From NCBI GenBank assembly GCA_965207885.1, contig OZ242311.1, positions 768,001 through 832,000 on the forward strand: 64,000 nucleotides of DNA, written 5' to 3'. The position numbers and the translations under genes are program-made. Positions within the stretch are counted from its first letter, which is position 1, and each line of letters starts with the position of its first letter. Source of the stretch: Candidatus Latescibacterota bacterium. Lineage in GTDB: Bacteria; Latescibacterota; UBA2968. Positions 56,767 to 64,000 of this stretch are shown in pieces. Under the pieces are notes generated by a model. It was not told the DNA's origin. It saw only the letters and a list, made by a program, of their open reading frames with translations, and did no database searches.

Positions 56767-56780
56767 GAGGTTTAATTTTT

Positions 56781-57614
56781 GTGAAGACTTTGACAAAACT
56801 CTTCGCCCGCTGGCGGGTGCAGGCTTATCTGGATTTTATGTGGATGACGCGGGATTTTCGGTTTTTTTTTATTAATATTGTCTCCGATATCATTCTCAAT
56901 CTCGCGGGTGTTACAGCGGTTTTTCTGCTGGCTGAGCGGTTTGAGGGTATTGGCCTGTGGTCGCGGGATCAAATTGTTTTTATGCTGGGGTATGCCGCGC
57001 TTGTTCGCGGGTTTTTAGATATGGGGTTTAGCTATAATGTGCTCCAGATCAGCCGCCGCATTGGGCGCGGTCAGATGGATCATACGCTCGTGCAACCCCA
57101 GCCGGTGTGGATGGGTCTATTAACCGAGGGTTTTATGCCTTTTTCCGGGTCGTGGTCTTTGTTCACGGGGATTGGTATTTGGACATGGGCTATTTTTCAG
57201 CTCGATGCGGTGCTTACCATGTACTGGTGGTTGATGTTTTTTTGCAATCTCGCGTCTTCCTGCGCGATTGTGCTGGCTTTTTCTTTTGTGTGGGGAAGTC
57301 TGGCTTTTTGGGCGCCGGTTGCCGCGGAGGAAATTAGCAGTCGCGCGGTCAATTTTATGTTCCAGCTCAAGTCTTTTCCGCTGGATGGGCTGAGCAGCTA
57401 TGTGCTTGTCAGTATGCTTACTGTTTTGCCCGTGGGTTTTGTCGCGTGGTATCCCTGCCGCCAGTTGCTGGGTATTGCGCCGTCGAGCCTGTGGCATACG
57501 CCGCTTGTGGCGGCGGTTCTGTCTCTGATCGCATGGATTTTATTTAAAAAAGGAATGCAGCACTATGCACAGACCGGGTCACAGCGCTACCTCGGTTTCG
57601 GACATCGCGGTTGA
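56781..57614 (+). CDS. ABC-2 family permease (DUF990-like)
   Basis: GLWS, GQMDHTLVQP, FPL, LPVGFVAWYP, Y..TG tail. Confidence 0.88.
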   Translation: MKTLTKLFARWRVQAYLDFMWMTRDFRFFFINIVSDIILNLAGVTAVFLLAERFEGIGLWSRDQIVFMLGYAALVRGFLDMGFSYNVLQISRRIGRGQMDHTLVQPQPVWMGLLTEGFMPFSGSWSLFTGIGIWTWAIFQLDAVLTMYWWLMFFCNLASSCAIVLAFSFVWGSLAFWAPVAAEEISSRAVNFMFQLKSFPLDGLSSYVLVSMLTVLPVGFVAWYPCRQLLGIAPSSLWHTPLVAAVLSLIAWILFKKGMQHYAQTGSQRYLGFGHRG

Positions 57615-58587
57615 ACTGACCGAGGTCGATAAGATTTTTTACCAGCGCCAGCGTTCGGAGAAGGTTCGGGATGTTTTCAAGAATTTGTTTCGGCCCAATA
57701 TCCGGGAGATTCGCGCATTGCAGAAGGTGAATCTCGAGATTCGCCGCGGCGAGATTGTCGCCTATGCAGGTCCCAATGGTGCGGGAAAATCCACGACTGT
57801 TAAGCTGCTTTCCAGTGTTCTTGCACCTACTTCTGGGACGGTTCGCTGTCTGGGTATGGATCCGATGAAGGATCGCGTGCATTATGTCGAGCGCATTGGC
57901 GTGGTTTTTGGTCAGCGGACAGAGTTGTGGTGGGATCAGCCCGTTGCGGCGAGTTTTGAGTGGAAGCGGGTGGTCTGGGATATTCCCCGGGATCGGTATG
58001 ATGCTATGCTCGATTTTGTGAAGGATCTTCTGGGGATCGACGAATTTTTCAATAGTCTCGCGCGTCAACTCAGTCTGGGGCAAAAGATGCGGGCGGATCT
58101 CGCGCTTATGCTTATGCACGAGCCTGAGATTCTCTTTTTGGACGAGCCTACCATTGGGGTTGATGTGCTTGCCAAACGCAATATGCTGGAGTTTATCAAG
58201 AGTCTCAATCGGGAAAAGGGCGTTACGGTTATGATCACGAGTCACGATATGGATGAGCTGGAGCAGCTCGCGGGGCGCATTGTGATAATCGATAAGGGCA
58301 ATATCGCGTTTGATGGGGATTTTCGAGAATTGCGCGGTCAATTTGGGGACCGCAGGCATCTTATTATTGAGACTGCCGATACGTTTCCACCGCAACTTTC
58401 AGGCGTTCAGTTTATTGAGAGCGAAGGCAATCGCCATCACTTTACGTTCGATGCGGCACAGATATCGATACCGACATTGCTCGATGAAGCGGCAGAGCAA
58501 GCGACTATTCGCGATGTGGAAACCCACCGCGCTCCGATTGACGATGTGATTGCGGATATGTATGAATATTGGGATGGGGTTAATTGA
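57565..58587 (+). CDS. ABC transporter ATP-binding protein
   Basis: GPNGAGKST, VFGQRTELWWD, LSLGQ, LDEPT, SH. Confidence 0.95.
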   Translation: MHRPGHSATSVSDIAVELTEVDKIFYQRQRSEKVRDVFKNLFRPNIREIRALQKVNLEIRRGEIVAYAGPNGAGKSTTVKLLSSVLAPTSGTVRCLGMDPMKDRVHYVERIGVVFGQRTELWWDQPVAASFEWKRVVWDIPRDRYDAMLDFVKDLLGIDEFFNSLARQLSLGQKMRADLALMLMHEPEILFLDEPTIGVDVLAKRNMLEFIKSLNREKGVTVMITSHDMDELEQLAGRIVIIDKGNIAFDGDFRELRGQFGDRRHLIIETADTFPPQLSGVQFIESEGNRHHFTFDAAQISIPTLLDEAAEQATIRDVETHRAPIDDVIADMYEYWDGVN

Positions 58588-59035
58588 CGGCTTTGACGAT
58601 TTCGATTTTGACTCTGGCAACGCCTTCATTGACCATGTCCAGCTTTTTGGCTGCGCCGAGGGAGAGGTCGAGGATGCGTCCTTCAATGAAGGGTCCGCGG
58701 TCATTTACTTTGACGACGACGGATTTGCCGTTGCCGAGGTGGGTGACGCGGATGATGGTGCCGAGGGGCAGTTCGCGGTGTGCGGCGGATAGGCCGTTCA
58801 TGTCGTAGATTTCACCGCTGGCTGTTGGCCGTCCGTGAAATTTGTGCGCGTAGTAGGATGTGTAGCCTATTTGAGATGATCGGTATTTTGGAGACGGGGA
58901 CACGGTCTTAGAGGGTTTGGAGGGTTTGGGTTTTTCTGTGATGGGTTTGCCGCGATAGCGGGGATGCGAGGCACATCCCATGATAGAGACGCAGAGGAGG
59001 ATGCAGAGCAGGTGGGAGATTTTAATGCGCCGCAG
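58580..59035 (-). CDS. rlpA: RlpA-family lytic transglycosylase lipoprotein
   Basis: IMGC lipobox; SYY..FHGRPTASGE.YDM, AAHRELP, VNDRGPF, RILDLS; start codon uncertain. Confidence 0.9.
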   Translation of the reverse strand: MRRIKISHLLCILLCVSIMGCASHPRYRGKPITEKPKPSKPSKTVSPSPKYRSSQIGYTSYYAHKFHGRPTASGEIYDMNGLSAAHRELPLGTIIRVTHLGNGKSVVVKVNDRGPFIEGRILDLSLGAAKKLDMVNEGVARVKIEIVKAVN

Positions 59036-59960
59036 GTGGTTGCATGCTGCCGACGAGGTCGGATATGTGGTCGATTTTGTGTGCTTTGCAATAGTCTGCA
59101 ATGCCATTGAGTATCTCCAGGGCCGCAAGGGGGCGAACAAAGGTCGTGGTTCCGACCTGTATGGCGGATGCGCCAATGATGAGAAATTCAATGGCGTCGC
59201 GCGCTGTGGCTATGCCGCCCATGCCGATGACCGGGACAGAGACCCGTTCGACGACTTTCCAGAGCAGGGCGAGGGCGACGGGTTTGATCGCGGGGCCTGA
59301 TAAGCCGCCTGTGATATTTCCCAGGATGGGACGGCGGGTGTCTATGTCTATTGCCATGCCCAGCAGGGTGTTGATGAGGGCGATGCCGTCTGCTCCGCCT
59401 TCTTCGACTGCGCCGGCTATGGCGGCGATGTCGGTTACGTTTGGGGTGAGTTTGACGATGATGGGTAATTGCGATACGGCTTTGACGGCTCGGGTTACGT
59501 TGTGGGCGGCGCGTTCGGAACAGCCAAAGAGCATGCCGCCGTCTTTCATGTTGGGCGATGAGATGTTGAGTTCGAGGGCGTCTATGCCTTCGAGGTCGTT
59601 GAATCGGGCGGCCATGTCGGCAAATTCCCGGTCCGATGTTCCCGCTATGCTGACGATGCGCCCCGTGTTGAGCGCGGCGAGGGGTGGGACTTTTTCGGCT
59701 ATGAATGCGTCTATGCCCGGGTTAGTCAGTCCAATGGCGTTGAGCATGCCGGATGGGGTTTCGGCTGTGCGCGGCGGTGGGTTGCCCGCCCGGGGGTGAT
59801 AGGTGATGGTTTTTGTGACGATGCCGCCGATTTTGCTCAGGTCAAAGAGGGACGCGTATTCGGCGCCGTGTCCAAAAGTGCCCGATGCCATGATGACGGG
59901 GTTTTTAAGCGTGAGCCTTTTGGCGATTTTTGTCGAGAGATCTAATTGAGAGTTGGACAT
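59022..59960 (-). CDS. pyrD: Dihydroorotate dehydrogenase class 1B catalytic subunit
   Basis: NPVIMASGT, GNPPPR, NAIGL.NPG, ELNISSPN, KLTPN, GGLSG.AIKP. Confidence 0.95.
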   Translation of the reverse strand: MSNSQLDLSTKIAKRLTLKNPVIMASGTFGHGAEYASLFDLSKIGGIVTKTITYHPRAGNPPPRTAETPSGMLNAIGLTNPGIDAFIAEKVPPLAALNTGRIVSIAGTSDREFADMAARFNDLEGIDALELNISSPNMKDGGMLFGCSERAAHNVTRAVKAVSQLPIIVKLTPNVTDIAAIAGAVEEGGADGIALINTLLGMAIDIDTRRPILGNITGGLSGPAIKPVALALLWKVVERVSVPVIGMGGIATARDAIEFLIIGASAIQVGTTTFVRPLAALEILNGIADYCKAHKIDHISDLVGSMQPPAAH

Positions 59961-60060
59961 TTGACCGTGATTGGGGCATTCGTTCTTGAATCGTGCGGTG
60001 CTTAATATTATTTTCGGATTGAAACTTCGTCAAGGAAAATCACGAAACAGGGGTTGAACA

Positions 60061-60936
60061 ATGATTATTGACGCGCACAATCACATTTATTATCACGGTT
60101 TGAATGCCGAGGGTGTGTTGAATGAGATGGATCAGTTCGGGTATGATGTGGCGTGGTTGCTTACGTGGTATTTGCCGCCGGGTGAGCATGTCGCGAGCAG
60201 CCACCGGGTGTTTAATCCGGTCAATGCGCGGCCCGATGGCACGCATGCGGGAACGACGTTGAATGATCTTTCGCGGGCGTGTGAGAAGTATCCGGATCGG
60301 TTTGTGGCGGGATATTGTCCCTGCCCGTCGGAGGGCGATGCCGCAGGGCTTTTTGAGGCGGCGTATTATTCGCATGGCGTTCGGGTGTGTGGGGAGTGGA
60401 GCTATCGGATGTTGCTGAACGATCCCCGTGCGATTCTGTTGTTTCGCAAGGCGGGTGCGTTGGGCGCGCCAGTGGTTTTGCATATTGATACGCCATTTTT
60501 GAATGGGGTGTATCAGGAGGCCTGGTATGGTGGGGAGATTGGCGCGCTGGAGCAGGCGTTGCAGGCGTGTCCAGATACGACGTTTGTCGGTCACGCGCCT
60601 GGGTTCTGGCGGCATGTGAGTGGGGATGAGGCGACTGATGCGGAGGTATATCCTTCGGGCCCGATTGTGCCGGGGGGGCGTTTGTTCGATTTGTTTGCAC
60701 ACTATGCGAATCTCTGGGCGGATTTGTCGGCGGGGTCTGGGCTGAATGCGTTGCAGAGGATGGATGATGAGGGGCGAGATTTTTTGATTGAATATCAGGA
60801 TCGTTTGTTGTTTGGGCGCGATGCTCCGGGGAATGCGTTGCAGGTGCATCTGGCGAAGTTGGATTTGCCGCGGGATGTCAGACGGAAGATTTATTGCGAG
60901 AATGCACTGCGGCTGGTTCCTGTGGAGAGGTCATAA
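60061..60936 (+). CDS. Amidohydrolase family 2 protein
   Basis: IIDAHNH, GE, PVVLH, FVGH, DLSAGSG, RLLFGRD, ENA. Confidence 0.88.
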   Translation: MIIDAHNHIYYHGLNAEGVLNEMDQFGYDVAWLLTWYLPPGEHVASSHRVFNPVNARPDGTHAGTTLNDLSRACEKYPDRFVAGYCPCPSEGDAAGLFEAAYYSHGVRVCGEWSYRMLLNDPRAILLFRKAGALGAPVVLHIDTPFLNGVYQEAWYGGEIGALEQALQACPDTTFVGHAPGFWRHVSGDEATDAEVYPSGPIVPGGRLFDLFAHYANLWADLSAGSGLNALQRMDDEGRDFLIEYQDRLLFGRDAPGNALQVHLAKLDLPRDVRRKIYCENALRLVPVERS

Positions 60937-60951
60937 TACAAGGGAGGCGTT

Positions 60952-61977
60952 ATGAAGACACATGTATATACCAGTGGACAGGATGGGTATCACACGTATC
61001 GCATTCCGGCATTGCTGGTGACAAAGGCGGGGACTCTGCTGGCGTTTTGCGAGGGGCGGCGCACCGGGCGCGGGGATCACGGGGATCTCGATTTGCTGGT
61101 GAAGCGGTCAGAGGACGGTGGAGAGACGTGGTCTGAACAGTTGTTGATTTACGGGGAGCCTGGGGAGGTGACGATTGGCAATCCGTGTCCTGTAGTGGAT
61201 GGTGATACGGGTGTGATCTGGCTACCGTTTTGTCGAGAGAATGACGATGTGTTTATTACGCATAGTGGGGATGATGGGAAGACGTGGGCAGATCCCACGG
61301 AGATTACTGCGGTTGCGAAGAGGCCTTCGTGGAATTGGTATGCGACTGGTCCGGGCGTTGGTATTCAGTTGCAGCGAGGGGTGCACAGGGGACGGCTGGT
61401 GATTCCGTGCGATCATCGGGAGGATGAGACTTATGGGAATGGTTCGCATACAATTTACAGCGATGATCATGGGGCAACGTGGCAGATGAGCGCGTTGATC
61501 ACGCCGGGTGCGAATGAATGTCAGGTTGTGGAACTGTCGGATGGGTCATTGAAGATGAATATTCGGATGCAGACGTTTAGCGAAGGGTTGCGGGGGATTT
61601 CGGTGAGTGGGGATGGTGGACACAGTTGGTCGGAGGTTGTACACGATGCGAATTTGCCGTGTCCAAAATGTCAGGCGAGTTTGGTAGGCGAAGGCGACCG
61701 ATTGTTTTTTTCAAATCCGGTGTCGCTCACGCCGGTAGAAAGTCCCGAAGCTGGAGATCGGTTTTATCCGGGGAAGGGACGAGGGGAGCGCGAGAATATG
61801 ACTGTGCGTTTGAGCGAGGATGGTGGAGAGACGTGGTCCCGGGAAAAGTTGTTGCACGAGGGTCCAGCAGCGTATTCCTGCCTAACTCTGTTACCCGATG
61901 GAGATGTTGGGTGTTTGTATGAGGGGGGCGAAGAACATTCGTATCAGTATCTAATTTTTGAGCGGTTTAGGATATGA
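60952..61977 (+). CDS. Sialidase-family (GH33-like) BNR protein
   Basis: YRIP, FCEGR, several SxDxGxTW Asp-boxes, ANEC, AYS, LYE. Confidence 0.9.
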   Translation: MKTHVYTSGQDGYHTYRIPALLVTKAGTLLAFCEGRRTGRGDHGDLDLLVKRSEDGGETWSEQLLIYGEPGEVTIGNPCPVVDGDTGVIWLPFCRENDDVFITHSGDDGKTWADPTEITAVAKRPSWNWYATGPGVGIQLQRGVHRGRLVIPCDHREDETYGNGSHTIYSDDHGATWQMSALITPGANECQVVELSDGSLKMNIRMQTFSEGLRGISVSGDGGHSWSEVVHDANLPCPKCQASLVGEGDRLFFSNPVSLTPVESPEAGDRFYPGKGRGERENMTVRLSEDGGETWSREKLLHEGPAAYSCLTLLPDGDVGCLYEGGEEHSYQYLIFERFRI

Positions 61978-63266
61978 TGCACTCGAGGGAGTTCAATGTG
62001 ACCAGATTAATTTCTCAAATTGGCAGTGAGCGCGCGACTTCTGGCGCGGGGAATAAGGTTGTTACGTACGAGGGTAGGACGCATGTGGTCTGGCAGGATG
62101 TTACGCGTGAGGGCTATTTTAACAGGGTTTGCACTTTTGATCGCGATACTGGCGAATGTTTGGGACCGTTTACGCTTAATCAGGGACGCGATAATCACGC
62201 GCGTCCGGTTATGACTATTGACCATCAGGGCTATTTGCAGGCTATTATGAGTGGTCATAATTCGCCGGTGACGTATCGGCGGTCGGTGCGGCCCAATGAT
62301 GCGAGTGAGTGGACAGAGGGAGAGCCAGCCGGGTCGGGGACCTATCCGGTTGTTGTGTGCGGTTTGGACGATGCGCTTTATTTGACGGTGCGTTCATCCA
62401 ATCGCTGGGATGGTGTGGATTTTTATTCTAAAGATAAGGGTGGAGTCTGGGAAGCGCGCGGGAAATTGGTCAAACGGCGTGAGGATTATACGGGTTATGG
62501 TGCTTTCCAGACTGGTATGGCTGTCGGTGCAGATGGCGTTATTCACCTTGTAGTGGATTTTTACGAGGGTATAGGAATCCACGATCACCGCGGGCTACAT
62601 CAGGCTGTGTGTTATATGTGTAGTCGAGATGGTGGCGAGACGTGGGAGAGGGCCGATGGCGCGCGCGTCGAGTTGCCAGCGCGGCCCGAGCAGCTCGATG
62701 TTCTTGCGCGTTCTGAGGAAGATGAGCGGCATGAACCTATGCCCCGTCCCGAGGTGCTCGCACAGGGTTGTATTGTGGTTTCTTCTGAGGGACCACATAT
62801 TCTCTATGTTTCGCATCTGGATGAGCCGGGTGAGATCGTTCACGCCTATCTCAATGCAGAGGATGTCTGGCAGCGGGAGTCCATTGATGCAGGTTTTCCA
62901 GGTCACCGTCCGACGGGGTGCCGCGGTGCGTTTAGTGTGGATGAAGCGGGTACGCTTTATGCTTTGCTGGAGTTCCAGCCTCTTGGGAGGGGCTGGAATG
63001 AGGGCAAGCCCACGCGTGGATTGAACTGGGAGACAGAGGATAAGCGTCTGGTGTGGTTGACTTTGCAGGATAGGGATTGGAATACGCGGCTCGCTTTGCC
63101 GCAGGATGCGATTTTTAATGAGGCGAATCTGGAACGTCCCGCTGGTGCCAATACCATTCCCGCAGGGCAGTACCCGCCTTTTGTTTTTTTTGATGGGGAA
63201 TCCCGTTATCCGGATAAAGAAATAGGCGAGGTGATCAATAATCGGGTGTTTTTTTGTGGTGGGTAA
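61974..63266 (+). CDS. BNR-4 repeat beta-propeller protein
   Basis: DNH..P..ID..G, GHNS, GTYP, SRDGGETW. Confidence 0.75.
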   Translation: MMHSREFNVTRLISQIGSERATSGAGNKVVTYEGRTHVVWQDVTREGYFNRVCTFDRDTGECLGPFTLNQGRDNHARPVMTIDHQGYLQAIMSGHNSPVTYRRSVRPNDASEWTEGEPAGSGTYPVVVCGLDDALYLTVRSSNRWDGVDFYSKDKGGVWEARGKLVKRREDYTGYGAFQTGMAVGADGVIHLVVDFYEGIGIHDHRGLHQAVCYMCSRDGGETWERADGARVELPARPEQLDVLARSEEDERHEPMPRPEVLAQGCIVVSSEGPHILYVSHLDEPGEIVHAYLNAEDVWQRESIDAGFPGHRPTGCRGAFSVDEAGTLYALLEFQPLGRGWNEGKPTRGLNWETEDKRLVWLTLQDRDWNTRLALPQDAIFNEANLERPAGANTIPAGQYPPFVFFDGESRYPDKEIGEVINNRVFFCGG

Positions 63267-63334
63267 GGTATTAAAAAAGAAATGATTCGCAGATAAGGTC
63301 CATGTGAGCTTCTCTTTGTAAAGGATTTTTATAA

Positions 63335-63766
63335 TCACTGACCATTTGTTGTACTCCCATTTTGATCTTCTAAGGCAGCGCGTATGGCTTCTATGTCAAT
63401 ATCCGGATGCATTTTTTTTACTATGGCAATGGTTTCCTCATGTCCTTTTCTTTGCCCATCTTGGAAGCGTTTTTCAAGATATCTTTCAGTCTCAGCACGG
63501 ATTTTTTGAACTGGGACGATCATGAGATTTACCCCCTCTATAATGAAGAATGCTAAAGTGATAGCAGAGAGACCTATGGATCCTATAATACTGATTACCG
63601 TAATAATTGCATCGTAATCAGGTTTAGTAATTTTGTACCAATTGTACCAAAGAACCAGTGATAGAGAAGAGACAAAGAACAGTACTGCTAAAGCTATCAG
63701 CCATGTTCTTTCTGTGTCTCCCGTGCTCCAAATTGACACCCTTTCTTCGTCTGTTTTCTCCGCCAT
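63335..63766 (-). CDS. Hypothetical membrane protein (2 TM + charged tail), low GC
   Basis: Two hydrophobic helices then EKRFQDGQRKGHEE; start at ATG 63766 or GTG 63784. Confidence 0.65.
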   Translation of the reverse strand: MAEKTDEERVSIWSTGDTERTWLIALAVLFFVSSLSLVLWYNWYKITKPDYDAIITVISIIGSIGLSAITLAFFIIEGVNLMIVPVQKIRAETERYLEKRFQDGQRKGHEETIAIVKKMHPDIDIEAIRAALEDQNGSTTNGQ

Positions 63767-64000
63767 TCTGTTGTGCCTTTTCACTTTTCTAATATAAGTA
63801 TAGAGAAAATAGATTTCTAATGCAATTTCGGCCTGGATATGGTTTCAATGTCTGCCCTGTGATATGCTTGGTCTGGGATTTGGTCGTATTTTGGACAAAC
63901 GCAACAGTCAGAATCCAAAGCAAATATCGAGCCAAAAAATGCAAATATCACAAAATTGCACGATAAAAAGGCTCCAAAGAAGTTCAGGTACCTTATTATG

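Noticed and set aside
63790-64000. GCAAATATC repeats and TGCA motifs resembling enhancer sites
   Set aside because: At the window edge with no downstream promoter or gene visible; cannot be supported

Overview
Bacterial chromosomal window with about 55 CDSs. No rRNA, tRNA or CRISPR array was seen. The gene content (six PhyH-family dioxygenases, a sulfatase, sialidase/BNR proteins, an internalin-like LRR protein, secreted proteins tagged with dockerin-like EF-hand pairs) resembles sponge-associated Latescibacterota/Gemmatimonadota-like genomes; this is inference only. The first 30 kb is accessory: a tandem queF pair (one copy lacks the catalytic residues), LRR and redoxin genes, HicAB, PhyH paralogues with HxG/HxA/HxN metal motifs, a heme c/copper monooxygenase, uronate isomerase, an IS200/IS605 tnpB element with an IS4 inserted 17 bp from its right end, a sulfatase and a GH10 xylanase. 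The 30-60 kb stretch is mostly core: secDF, polyprenyl synthetase, prmC, prfA, rpmE2, rho, glnD, glgC, two two-component systems, a sigma54 promoter ahead of a PTS IIA gene and an alternative sigma70 gene, glnA, hemE-hemH-hemY, an ABC exporter, rlpA and pyrD. The best leads are (1) a possible halogenase-type PhyH cluster, (2) a possible cohesin/dockerin enzyme-display system, (3) the dead/live QueF pair, (4) a sigma54-to-sigma70 cascade with clear enhancer sites, and (5) a double IS insertion that can be reconstructed at base level.
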